Part shown: one piece after another, positions 37,412 through 49,636 of the stretch
How the letters are laid out: each line of letters opens with the position of its first letter
How positions within the stretch are numbered: position 1 is the first letter of the stretch
From: Sphyrna mokarran
Lineage: Eukaryota
DNA: 64,000 nucleotides
Assembly: GCA_024679065.1 (NCBI GenBank)
Contig: JAGIQG010000001.1
Coordinates: 99,882,001 to 99,946,000, forward strand
Reading direction: 5' to 3'
The notes under the pieces: model-generated
The model's database searches: none
The model's input: only the letters and a program-made list of their open reading frames with translations
What the model was told of the DNA's origin: nothing
Program-made: the position numbers and the translations under genes

Positions 37412-37630
37412 GTGGCCTCAAGAAAAGGCAGCATCAGCTATCACCACTCAGGCTCTTGACACCCTTATTGAAGGATTCTGGGCCATTGGCATTTGTTTTG
37501 CTATAGGGATTATTAAAGAAGTACATGTACCTGACCTCTCTGGCCTGGGAGGGCATTGCCCAGGAAGTCAATACCAGCCTGTGAAGTGCCATCGAGTGCA
37601 AGAAGCAGATGATCTTATCCAGTCTTCTCT
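37412..37630 (+). pseudogene. Harbinger Myb/SANT-like gene remnant
   Basis: PQEKAASAITTQALDTLIEG ... AWEGIAQEVNTSL*SAIECKKQ/DDLIQS, frameshifted trihelix pattern. Confidence 0.55.
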
Positions 37631-37860
37631 CAGTTCCCTTCTCTCAGCATGGAATCACGCACTCAATCTGCTACTCCCTTCACAGATCTCGTACATTCAG
37701 TCCCGGGGAACACATATTAACACATACTCTCTCAGCAAGACTTTCACAACACCATCATCCCATCTGTCTTGTTGCTTGCATTCCATCCCCTGTCCTTTCT
37801 GGGCACACAGAGGGCATACATTCCACACAATCTCTGCTCCATCCTTTCTTCTATCTCTTG

Positions 37861-38169
37861 TAGAATCACAGATTCCCTATAGTGCCAGAGGAGGCCCAAC
37901 AAGTCTGCACCGACAATAATCCCACTCAGACTCTCACCCTTATTCCTTATCCTGCATAATTATCCTGCTCATCCCTCTGACACTAAGGGACAATTTAGCA
38001 TGGCCAATCAGCCTAACCCGCACAGCTTTGGGCAGTGGCAGGAAACCGAAGCACTGGGAGGAAACCACACTCAGACATAGGGAGAATGTGCAGACTCCAC
38101 ACACACACTGACCCAAGCAGGGAATCGAACTCAGGTCCTTGGCCGTGCCATTGTGCCACCATGCCACCC
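37861..38169 (-). mobile_element. HE1/V-SINE (CR1-type tail), near full length
   Basis: Reverse complement reads gggtggcatggtggcacaatgg...gttcgattcc...V-domain...gggaatctgtgattcta. Confidence 0.9.
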
Positions 38170-38319
38170 AAACTCCATACAGACCAAACTTGCATACAAC
38201 AAATGTCTAATTTTTCCTCATATGTCCGATCTACTCCAATTGTTGGTCTGGTAAACCTTCACTGAACTGCTTCCACATTCACTCTATTTAGGCCTTGCAG
38301 TATCTTGTAAGTTTCAGTG

Positions 38320-38458
38320 TATTAGCAATGCTAAGTTCTCTGTCAGTATATCCAAACAGGTGCTGGAGTGTGGCAACTAGGGGATTTGCACAGTAACTTC
38401 ACTGCAGTGTTAATGTAAGCCTTCTTGTGACACTAATAAATAAATTTTAAACTTTAAA
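38320..38458 (+). mobile_element. V-SINE tail type 2 fragment
   Basis: caggtgctggagtgtggcaactaggggatttgcacagtaacttcactgcagtgttaatgtaagcc...taataaataaa. Confidence 0.8.
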
Positions 38459-39159
38459 TCCCTGCGGTAGCCACTAGTCACCAATTGGAAAAAGACCCAT
38501 TTATGTCAACTCTTTGCTTCCTATCTGCCAACCAGCTTTCTATTCATCACAAGATGTGATTTAAATTCACATAGTTATCTGCTGTGTGAGAACTTTCTAC
38601 AATAAATTGTGATGTGTCACTTGTGATATTGCCACTGCTCTCTGTGGTGCTGACAGCATTGGCCAGCAGCTCTTGAGGTAAGTTGAGGTTGGGGGTGGAG
38701 GAGGTAAGAATTCTGTCACTAGGGTCCTTAACTCCAGGCAAGGCCTAGTGCTGACCAATTAAAGGATACAATTCCACCAGGTCTTCTTCAAGGCAACAGG
38801 GGTGCCGGAAACATCCTTGCAACATTAAAATCCACCCTAGGTTGGAGTGACTCGAGTTTTGAAGTAGAGATAACAAAATTTGAATTAATTTCTGCTCATC
38901 ATCTTACTTATCATCATTCCTGCAGCGAATGTGTTGGAGTTGAGCTACACAGTTAAAAGTAAGATGAGTATTTTGGTTGCCTGCAATGACACCTTGTTTG
39001 GCTCCAGACTTCAGTGAGACAAGGTCTGTGGTGGCCCATTAGTAAGCATCACAGCTTGCATGCCATCAGATGGTAGATGAAATTACAAATTTCTGAATGC
39101 AGCCAAATTTGAGGAGAGCCCTCATAATTGATGGAGTTAAAATCCTTTGTGAGCTACAG

Positions 39160-39431
39160 TTTTAAAATTTATTTATTATTCATAAGTAGGTTAACACTAG
39201 CACTGCAATGAAGTTACTGTGAAAATCCCTTAGTCACCACAATGTGGCACCTGCTTGGGTCAATACACCTAACCAATACATCATTCAGACTGTAGGAGGA
39301 AACCAGAGCACCTGGAAGAAACCCATGTAGATATGGGAGAACATGCAAATTCTGCACAGACAAGCCAGGAATTGAAACCAAGTCTGTGGAATTGTAAGTC
39401 AGTAATGCTAACTACTGTGCCACTGTGCCAC
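39160..39431 (-). mobile_element. HE1/V-SINE (tail type 2)
   Basis: Reverse complement of head gtggcacagtggcacagtagttagca and of the type-2 tail. Confidence 0.85.
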
Positions 39432-39919
39432 AATGGTTAGTGTTGTATCTGCATTTTTCCTTTATTTGCAATGAAGTGCTGATCATTTCTGAAGTGTAAT
39501 GCACACAATGCTGTCTTACTTTAAAAAAAATAAAGTCCACAATCCTCTGCAGCAATTTAAACAACCCACACAGCAGCTTACGGAATATTTTGTTAACTTG
39601 CACTCATATTAACAGTACACTAAGAGAACTGAGAGGCAACACTATTGTCCTAAATGTATCTTTTTCTTTCTCATTAATGTCACATTGACCCAAAAGATGA
39701 TCAAATGTACATCTTTGGCAATTAAACAAGCTGCCAATCTAGTTAGGGTTCTGATGAGCAAAAAATTCATACAATTTAGGTAAAAAGCAGAGCTGCAAGG
39801 AACATAACTATTTGTTCAGACAAAAACTGCAGTCAGCTCTTTCTTGATTTGTTGTCGTCTGCTGCTTAATATTCATCAGCCTCATCACCTGGGTGGCTTG
39901 AGTCTTCTCTTACTTGTTA

Positions 39920-40215
39920 AGCAGGAGGATAATAGTGATTTTGGCGTGCAAGTGCACATGTCCCTAAGGGTAGCAGTACAGGCAGATAAGATTGTAAAGA
40001 AGGCACATGGAATGTTCTCCTTCACTGGCAGCAGTATAGAATGCAAAAGTAGGGATATAATGATGAAACTGCATAAGAAATTGGTGAGGCCACAACTGGA
40101 GTATTATGTGCAGTTCTGGTAACTACATAACAGGAAGGACGGAATTGCTCTGGAGAGAGTGCAGTGGAGATTTACTCGAATGTTGTCAGGAATGGAGAAT
40201 TATAGTTGCAAGAGT
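39920..40215 (+). mobile_element. CR1 ORF2 fragment
   Basis: DFGVQVHMSL...LVRPQLEYYVQFW. Confidence 0.85.
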
Positions 40216-40429
40216 TTGCTCTTGATCTATTACATGGTCCTAGAACCTTTTATGTTCTCTCTTGGAATTTGATGAAAAAATTGCTTGAACCTGCTTGTTC
40301 ATGTCCAGACAAGTCTTGGCCATTCTACTTCAACCTAATCAACAGGATGTAAAGGGACTATTAGAGAAAGGCGAATAAAAAAAAAATTACTGAACGTTTG
40401 AAAAAAAGAACAGACTAAAATGAGAATGA

Positions 40430-41000
40430 AATTGCTCTCATGAATGTAAGATCATTGTAAATGTCACTCATTTGAGTGACTTGAAAGGTTTCCTTTAGCT
40501 CCTGATCACTACATAAACTGTCCAGACATTCCTTCTCCCAGCTTATAATGTTTTCTGATTCCGTTAATGAAATGATTAACTTGTAATTACTCCCAGCTGT
40601 CCACTTTTCTTGAATTAATTGATAATTAAACTAAAATTGTGAGGGGAGTGAGCAGGTTTTCCATTCCTGCCCAGTGAAGCCTCCTTTTAGAAAACACATG
40701 AAGCAGTGACAGGCCTGACAGGTACATTAACACATCTGTCACTAGTTGATTAGATGGGGACAAATCATAAGGATTAGAGGTGAACTGGAGCAAATCTAAC
40801 AGAGATTACAATATACAATGTGTCTTAATTGCAAGGAAAAATGAAATAAAGCTTACCTTTAATTAGAACTGTTAATGATGATGTTTTGGAACAAAAGAAT
40901 TGTGGTTTAACATTTTCAACATAGAACAGATAAAGTTTAAACTCCTTCAGGGCTTAATTCAATCAGTCAAGTGCACATTACAAACACTCAAATATGTTGT
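40430..41000. promoter_or_regulatory. Candidate conserved non-coding element
   Basis: Repeat-free; dense TAAT/ATTA, paired TGACAG...TGACAG and CTGTCA sites. Confidence 0.35.
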
Positions 41001-41084
41001 GCAATCTTTTGATTAGGAACATTTTAAAAGCTCCTATGTGAATTCACCAAATTGGAATTTCTACCCTGGATAGTTTGAGCCTTG

Positions 41085-41555
41085 AGGTCTGCTTCAATGA
41101 GATCATCTCTCATTCTTCTAAGCAGTAAGAAGTACAGGCCCAGTCTTCTCAATATCTCTCTCCAGGATACTTCTACCACCAAGGGATCTGTCTGATGACC
41201 TTCAATACACTCCCTTTATAACCTTCCTTAAGGAAACCAAAATTGCACAAATACTCAAGATATGGTTTCAGCAAGCCTCTATATTGCAAGTCTTCTTTAC
41301 GCCTGTATTCAAATCCTATTGAAATAAAGGCTAACATACCATTTGCCTTCCTAACTGTCCGCTGCTTCTGTATGTTAGCTTTCAGTGACTTATGAACAAA
41401 GGTATCCAAGTCAATTTGATCATCAATATTTCCCAATTCCTCACCATTTAAGAAATATTTTGCATTTCTTTTTTTCCCTACATGAAATGGATAACCTCAC
41501 ATTGTTCTAAATTATATTCCATCTGCTTGCTCACTTAACCTGTCTAAATTTCCTT
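41085..41555 (-). mobile_element. CR1 ORF2 fragment
   Basis: ORF 41173-41436 VRKANGMLAFISIGFEYR. Confidence 0.85.
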
Positions 41556-42042
41556 GATGCTATGGACGTTATACACTGAGATGGAGACTCTTCCAGTGAG
41601 AAGGAGAACTGAGAAGGAAAGAGAGGAGGATAGGTGCCAGATACAGCAGGATCTGGTATTGGTGAAAGGTCAGATAGCCACAGGATTCCCCAAACGAGTC
41701 AAGGCTACCCAGCAAAAAAGATCTAACGGCAGCAATGAAACTACCAGCAGATGTCAGAACTCCAGCGTCTACAGCAGCTGCATCTATCCTGAAAAACACT
41801 GATGGATCTCTGCAAGATGATGGCAGTGGAAGTCAGTTTTAATTAGGTTTGTGGTCATCTAATTCCCATGGCTCGGAAGATCCCAGTGATCCTGAGTTTT
41901 TTGTGATTTGTTCTCATTCTAGGAAGCAGCTGGATCAGGAGTGAAACTGATGCCCTATTCTAAGAAGTCAATATTACATCAAATTTACAACAGATGTCAA
42001 CAAACAAATCAAGAAAGACAAAGCTATTACTGGATTTTCCCA

Positions 42043-42530
42043 ATTTTTTTATTGATTTATACGATGAAGGCTTCATTGACTGGATCAAAATTCATTGCTC
42101 TCCCTAACTGACCTTAGAAAAATGGTGGTGAGCTGCCTTCTTGAACTGCTGCAGTCTCTGAAGTGTAGGTACACTCATGGTGCTATTGAGGATGGAGAGC
42201 CAAGACTTTGACCAACCACAGTGAAAGAATGGTGATAACGTTCTAATTCAGATGGTAAGTGGCTTGGAGGGGAACTGTCAGATGGTGGTTTTTCCAGGCA
42301 TCTCCTGCCCTCGTCGTTCTGTATGTAAGTGGTTGTGGGTTTGGAAGGTGCTAAGGATCACAGGTGAGTTCCTACTATGCATCTTGTAGATTGTACACAC
42401 AGTTGCTACAGTGTGTTGGGAATGGAGGGAGTGAATGTTTGGGGAAGCGGTGCCAATCAAGCAGGCTGCTTTTCTGGGGGGATGTCAAGCTTCTTGAGTG
42501 TTGCCGGAGCTGCATTCATCAAGGTAAAGG
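42043..42530 (-). mobile_element. CR1-group LINE 3' end (tail shared with the bipartite SINE)
   Basis: ORF 42278-42460 NIHSLHSQHTVATVCTIYKMH; 3' end ctaaggtcagttagggagagcaatgaattttg...aataaaaaaa. Confidence 0.75.
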
Positions 42531-42559
42531 GACAATAATTATATGGCGAGTTCACAAAG

Positions 42560-42767
42560 CGGTATCTCGGCCTTTTGGCTAAGATGGAAATGAGATCAAG
42601 GCTTGGAGGAGGAAGCTATGCCTACTCCAATTAGCTTGGAACATGTAGATCAAGTGCAAGACAGGAAGTGAGAGTCCTGTGTTGTCAGCTTGGATCAGGA
42701 ACGTCTCAACTTGTTGAGACTCTGAATTGGACTTGATTTGATTAAATTGGAATAAAAACAGAAAAAA
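42560..42767 (+). mobile_element. U2 snRNA-headed retroposon-like insertion (SINEU-like candidate)
   Basis: TCTCGGCCTTTTGGCTAAGAT (42565-42585) equals U2 nt 7-27. Non-U2 multi-hairpin body, A-rich tail, degenerate TSD agttca(tt)caaa(a)g. Confidence 0.65.
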
Positions 42768-43148
42768 AGTTCATTCAAAAGTCTGACAGCAGCAGGGAAG
42801 AAGCTACTCTTGAGTCAGTTGTTAAGTGACGTCAGACTGTTGTATCTTTTTCCCGACAGAAGATAGAAGAGAGAATGTCCAGGATGCATGGGGTCCTTAA
42901 TTATGCTGGCTGCTTTGATGAGTCAGCAGGAAGTGTAGACAGAGTCAGTGGATGGGAGGCTGGTTTGTGTGACGAATTAGGCTATATTCACAACCTTTCA
43001 TAGTTTCTTGCAGTCTTGGGCAGAGTAGGAGCCATACCAAGCCGTGATATAACCAGAAAGAACGCTTTCTATGGTGCATCCATAAAAGTTGGTGAGATTC
43101 ATAGCTAACATGCCAAATTTCCTTAATCTTCTGAGAAAGTAGAGGTAA
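42768..43148 (-). mobile_element. Rex1/Babar LINE 3' region
   Basis: LYFLRRLRKFGM...FYGCTIESVLSGYITAWYG...IIKDPMHPGHSLF...SFFPAAVRLLN. Confidence 0.88.
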
Positions 43149-43179
43149 TGCTGGCATATTCGCATTTATTCCTTCTGAA

Positions 43180-45000
43180 ATTCCTACTCCTTGAACTGTG
43201 GCAATTAAAAGGCATAACAATGACATCTCCAGTTGAATTAGTATAAATCTGAAAATTATCCTAAATTCATTCTTATTTTAATGGTCAATGTAACAAATAG
43301 TTTTATATTTTCATTTGGATTTGTGTACGTTATAACATGCTTATAATAAATCTCACTGATGCAAGTAAAATCCAGCAAGTGCCATCATCCATTCGGCGTT
43401 GTTGAATGGAGGTGTGATGCAGATGTTAATTTGACGGAAGAGTTTTAACACCTTAGAGAATAGATATGCTGCATTTAGAAAATTCTCCATAGACTGATAG
43501 CAATGTTTCATGCTAAGGCCACAGCAGAACAGATGTGGAGACATCTGAAGGAACTCACCCACTCCCTTTAATTTGTTTCTCTTTCTGAAACAAGTTCTAC
43601 ACTGGGATTGAGTCACCATTATTGGCAGGCTGGGTGAATTTAGAAAATAAGAGAGATGCATAATGTGAACTACTGAAGGACGAAGGAATGCGCAATGAGA
43701 TTAATAAGATTCATAGAAATCGGAGACTAAAATTTAAAAAAATACAGCTATGATAATAGTCATTTGTTATCATTAAGTACACATTTTGGAGGTGAAGTCA
43801 GTTAGCTTAATTGATGCATTGTATGGTTTATGTAGTTGGTCATATACTGCATGCATCTATATTTATTTAAATGTATTAATTTTATGTTACAATCTACTAA
43901 AATAGCTTAATTTAAGCTATTTGGTAATTCAATTTTCTTTACTAGTAAATTACCACTTCACTGTAATTTTTAAGGTGATTAATTCAAATTATTGAATATT
44001 TTATATCGCAAGAACAGCTTGATTATTAGAGGTAGGCTATTTATTTTCATTATTTCTTCTCTCGCTTTTCACATTCAGCCTGTTCCTTGAAATGATTTGA
44101 TTACTTACCTGTTGTATATTATCTCTTTTATAATTATGAGTTTACTGATGTCCTGCAGCATCAGACAGCTTTCCACAATAAGTTAATACAACTCAGGGCA
44201 GTCACATCATAGCATTTCCCTGGTGTCTTATTGATCAATGGCTCAGTTAACTGTACATGTGGCAACAAAACATAGCTTAATTAGCATATTGCAGCCAGCT
44301 ATAATACTCCTCCATGACCTTCATAAAAATTCTCCAAAGACTATTTCTAAGAATCTTTTATTGAGTCTTTGAATATGCATGGCATCTAGTCACTGCGGCA
44401 TTTTTAGCATCATCTTATGTGTTTTTGTAAATTATGGTGAAAATCATAAAGCTGTTCTCACCACTATATATTACAAAGAGTGCAGAAATATTTGATTTGT
44501 TTTACTGATTTTGACACAATGTCTACATAGACTATCAAAACAACACCGTCTAGTTAGTTGAAATATATGCGCAAGTGCCTTTTGCAACATCTGCTCAACA
44601 AAGATCTTTGTTTATTGCCATGTGTACAACATCTGTTCCCATCACATTTAATCACACCACCAGCTTGCAAGCAAACTAATTTTCGGTAATAGGCAATTGT
44701 TATGGTCAGTTTATCACTTTTTTAAAAAACCAGGTTGTTAATTATTCAATGCAACTAACATCAAAGTGATGTCCAAAAGGCAAAGTGGCCACAAACAGGC
44801 TGAAATGGAGACAGTGTTCACCCCCCCACTGAGGAAGAATTCTTCATCTTGTGATAACAAAATATACATTGAAATTGATCCCAAGGTTAATGACATTTTA
44901 AAACACAAACTAGTTTAAACCATGATCCTTATTCTGATAGTAAAAGTAGAAATTCTGGAATTTATTTGTATGAATTTTTTTAAAGGATCACCCAATCTGA
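43180..45000. promoter_or_regulatory. Large repeat-free island, candidate CNE cluster
   Basis: About 1.8 kb with no recognisable repeat; TAGCTTAATT occurs three times, plus a 23-bp palindrome and many TAAT sites. Confidence 0.4.
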
Positions 45001-46419
45001 AGTACAAATTTAGTTGTTAAGCAATAGCATATATTTTAGTCTGGGTTTTTTTGTCTTTTTGATCATGAGTGAATGTTACAGGAACGTAGAAATCATGATG
45101 TAGGTACTTCTGGAAGCAATAAGTATAAACTCTCATTTAAAAAATAATGGAGTAGATTTTGAGCCTGAGATATGACTGAGCCTCTATTCTGCAGGAGTAA
45201 CCATTGGGTGACCTGAGTGTTGGTATGTTGCTGATTGTCATTTTTTGCCAATACTGAGTGGAGCACGTGCAACCCACTCAGTGTTAGCAGGCAGTCCAAC
45301 CAAAGAGAAACCCAACTTTTTAAATTGACATCCTTGTGCCAGGAGAGGAGGAATGCCCCCTCAAACTCCACATCAATATCCTGGGATGCTGCCACAGCTG
45401 GTCCATCCTGCTCCTGTGGTATAAGTGAGGGCTAGTACCTCTCAGAGATGGACTCGCCCCGCTTTTGGACTGGCTCATCCTGTATTGTCCTCATCTTCAA
45501 CTAGCTCTCATCTCTGGCTCCTAGTACTCACTAACATGTAAGAGGGGGCATATCTCAGTGAACAGCCTTGATTGGTGGACAAACCAGGCAAGGATAGTCA
45601 TTGGATCTCTTACCTTTTACAACTGTGGGATTTGTCTACCCTGGCATGTGAGGACTGATTCCAATGGACTGGGAAGATGAGACCCAAACTAAGATCCAGT
45701 GGCCTTAAGCACAAATTGGCACTGTGTTGTGGAATGTATAGAGCATGACAAGATACAGAAAAAGTCCTCGTCATGCACTGCATCTGGATCTATCTCCAGC
45801 TGTTTCTACTCGTCTTAGAATTGGATCAAGATAAATCAAGACGAAAGACTGAAATGATGACAAGCAACTCTCCCTCACTATAGTCCATTCTATGTACAAG
45901 TTATGTTCATCACCTTGCTACTGTTTATTATTCATCATCGATCTACCATCACAAGTCTTGTGGCAATAGGCAAGTGACATAGCAGCAGTTGTGGATTCAC
46001 TGGGAGCTGTATACCTATACATTAGACAGTTCAACCAATTGGGCTGGTTTTTGATGGGAGGAGGCAAATGTGGAACTCAGCAGCCCCCTGAGTTACTGAG
46101 CAATCTTTTACAGGATCACACTGTTCACCTCCATCATATGAGGAAGGGACTAAAAAAAGTGTCTGTATTTGCTGTAGGAAGATGGCTGGGAATGTCCAAA
46201 TTGCTATAATCGGCAAGAATTAATATCCTTGCAATGAAAATCAGGACACGTTACAAATGGTTTTTCTGCAACCGTGGAAAAGAAGAACAGCAGAAAGCTG
46301 CTGCTAATAAACTATCTCAGCAATATGTTTACTTGCCTTCTCAAGGGTTTAAATTATCATCTGATTGTGCTTAAACCACCTTATATTGCATTCAGCAAGC
46401 AACTCTTATATTATATGCT

Positions 46420-47378
46420 CCTACCATGACTAACCCTGAAGACAAGGATAAATTGGTAATAAATTGATAAATTGGGTTGATAAGTTTGCTGACGACACAA
46501 AGATTGGTGGTGTTGTGGATAGTTTGGAGGGATGTCTGAGGTTGCAGCATGACATAGATAGGATGCAAGGCTGGGTGGAGAAGTGGCAGATGGACTTCAA
46601 CCCAGATAAATGTGTAGTGGTCCATTTTGGCAGGTCAAATGGGATAAAGGAATATAATATCAAGGATAAGACTTTTAGCAGTGTAAAGGATCAGAAGGAC
46701 CTTGGGGTCTGGGACTCTTAAATCCGCTTTGCAGGTAGAGAACGTGGTTAAGAAGACGTATGATGCATTGGCCTTCATCAATCGAGCAATTGAGTTTTGG
46801 AGTCGGGAGATAATGCTGCAATTTTATAAGACCCTAGTCAGACCTCTCTTGGAATACTCAGTGCTCAGTTCTGGTTGCCTCATTATAGGAAGAATGTAGA
46901 AGCTATTGAAAGGGTGCAGAGCAGAATTACAAGGATGTTCCCTGCATTGGGTGGCATGTCTTATGAAGATAGGTGAAGGAGCTCAATCATTTCTCCTTAG
47001 AGAGACGAATGATAAGAGGTGACATGATAGGAGTGTATAAGATGTTGAGAGGTATAGATCAGGTGGATTCTCAGAAGCTTTTTCCAAGGGCTGGAATGGT
47101 TGCTACGAGAGGACACAGGTTTAGGGTGCTGGGGAGTAGGTACAGAGGAGATATCGGGGTAAGTTTTTCACTCAGAGGGTGGTGGGTGAGTGGAATCGGC
47201 TGCCATCAGTTGTGGTGAAGGCAAATTTAATAGGGTCTTTCAGGAGACTTCTGGATGAGTACATGGGATTTAATGGGATTGAAGGTTATAGATAGACCTG
47301 GTAGGTAGGGATATGATCGGCGCAATTTGTGGGCCAAAGGGCCTGTCTGCAGTGTAGTTTTTCTATGTTCTATGTTCT
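46420..47378 (+). mobile_element. CR1 3' ~0.95 kb
   Basis: KFADDTKIGG, WQMDFNPDKC, FYKTLVRPLLEY, TRGHRFRV; tail ttctatgttctatgttcta. Confidence 0.92.
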
Positions 47379-47497
47379 AAATTCAATGTTGACTGTCATT
47401 CCTTAATTGGCATGACTGACTTTGGAAAAGTGGGTATCATGCTTGCTGACCTCAGCTGAAAAGTTGGTGCAGATTACAAACACACTGCCATCAACTG

Positions 47498-47620
47498 CTG
47501 AGTAAGAGGCCTGACAACACCAATTTTAAATCCAGCCGATTTATTTGATAGCAAACTTGCAAGCTTTCAGCTTTTGTAGTCTTCTTCAGGCGAATGAGGT
47601 GTTCTGGTCTGCAATAGCTG
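47498..47620 (-). mobile_element. Penelope family B pLTR fragment
   Basis: Reverse complement matches 32591-32710, including CTGAAGA...GAAAGCTTGC. Confidence 0.85.
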
Positions 47621-48879
47621 CAACTGCTAAGACATGGATGCTGGGAAGCCAAGTTTGGGAATTGAATGTTCAATGATACTCAATATTTCGGAAGGATAGG
47701 CAGAAAGGAAAAGGAGGTGGTGTAATTTCGTTAGTTAGGAAGAAATCAGTGCTGCACTGATAAGTGATATAGGCACTGGGTCCAAGCCATAGAATGAGTC
47801 TGGATAGAAATAAGAAATAGCAAGGGAAAGAAGTCCCTGGTGGGAGTAATCTATAAGTCCCCAAACAGTAGTTCCGCAGTAGCATACAATATAAAACAAG
47901 AAATACTGAGAGCCTGTAAGAATCATGGGTAATTTTAATACGCATATTGACTGGAATAATCAAATTGACAAAGGTAGCTCTAGGGAGAATTCATTGAATG
48001 CATTGTTTTTGGAGCAATATGTTGTGGAACCAACCAGGGAGCATGCTATTCTAGATCAGGCATTATGTAATAAAGTAAGACAAGTAAATGCTCTCATAGT
48101 TAAGGCTCTTCTGGAGAAGAGTGATCGATCATAAGATGCTCGAATTTCAAATTCAGTTTGAGGGTGAGAAGTTGGAGTCCAACACTAGTATGCTTGATTT
48201 AAACAAAGGAAATTACATCAGTATGAGGACAGATTTCACTCTTGTGCACTGGAGAGGATACTAAAAGCTAGGACAGTGGATGAACAGTGACAGATAATTA
48301 AGGAGATATTCAAGTCTACTCAATTAAAGTATTTCCAGAGAGGAGGAAAAGTGGTAGGATGGACAAGGTGCCTTAGTTTTCATGGCAAAGGACAAGAGTA
48401 CCATTCCAGTAGTAACAGAAAATGCAGGAGTTATAGAAAGGAACGAACATAAAATTATCATCATCACGAGAAAAAAGTACTGAGCAAACTATTTGGATTG
48501 AAAGCAAGCAAATTTCCAGGGCCTGATGGCCAACATCCTTGGGTCTTAAAGGAAATACAACAGAGTTAGTGGATCCATTGTTATGATATGTCAAAATTCC
48601 TTGGATGTGAGAAAAGTTCCAATGAATTTGAAAAATGCTAATATTCAAAAAAGAATGGAAGCAAATATAGAAACTGTAGGCCAATTATTTATCTTCTATT
48701 GTTGAGAAGTTGTTAGAATCCATTGTAAAGGAAGTAATAACAGGACATTTAGAAAGTCAAAATGCAACCTATCAGAGTCAGCATGGTTTTATGAAGGGTA
48801 AATCATGTTTGACTAATTTGCTTGAGTTTTTCAAAGATGTGATAAGCAAAAGTGAATAATGGTAGATGTAGTAAACCTG

Positions 48880-49636
48880 GGCTGGGATTCACCCAAAACA
48901 AAACTAAGTGCCCAACAGGTGAGAAAATGGGAGAAATTCCCACCCATTTTTGGGCATATTTACCTGAAGGGATCTCTGAAGATGCAGAGTGTCTTAGAGT
49001 GATTTATGCTGAAAAATAGGGGGCGGGGCTGCATCCTGCCTGACAAGCCGGCAGCATACTGCTGAACATGCCTCTGCCCAGAAGTTCCCACCAGCAGGGT
49101 GAGAACGCTTGTTCCCCAAAGGACAAAGGACAAGAGTAGCATCCCAGTAGTAACAGAAAATGCAGAAGTTATAGAAAGGGGGGAACATAAAATTATCATC
49201 ATCACAAGGAAAAAGTACTGAGCAAATTATTAGGATTGAAAGCAAACAAATGCCCTGAGCCTGATGGCCGACATCCTCAGGTCTTAAAGGAAATGGCAGT
49301 GGAGTTAATAGATCCCATTGGTTACAATATTCCAAAATTCCCTGGATGTGAGAAAGGTTTCAGTGAATTGGAAAAATGTTAATATAATGCCTTTATTCAA
49401 AAACAAATGGAAGCAAATGTGGGGAGCAGGTGTAATTTGTAAATCCTATTGATGGGAATCATTCCTAGCAAGGGGAGGTACAGAAGGGAGACGGTATCAT
49501 ATGGAAATGTGAATTTCTGAAAAAAAGCACTTGGGAGATTCGTGAACAGCCAGACGAATCTTGAAAAGACCCTCCGTTGATGTCACCCAGCCGCTGCACT
49601 GTTCGAACAGCACAGCAGGCTGGCGCCATGCCAGTC
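48880..49636. mobile_element. Non-autonomous Harbinger-like element containing a copy of flanking CR1 DNA
   Basis: Termini ggctgg... / ...ccagtc; CTG duplicated at 48877-48879 and 49637-49639; internal 49124-49418 resembles 48386-48666. Confidence 0.65.

Noticed and set aside
37386-37919. 177-aa ORF as an intact gene
   Set aside because: Only the N-terminal part follows the Myb-like frame before a frameshift, and the end runs into a SINE.
41640-41720. HARBI1-like transposase fragment (IATGFPKRV)
   Set aside because: It is too short and lacks the following GxIDG motif.
42565-42600. Functional U2 snRNA gene
   Set aside because: Only nt 7-27 match contiguously. The branch-point-recognition sequence, Sm site and 3' stem-loops are absent, and no promoter context is seen.
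44109-44152. - strand 44-nt exon (CAG|GTAAGT donor)
   Set aside because: There are stops in all frames and the polypyrimidine tract is poor.
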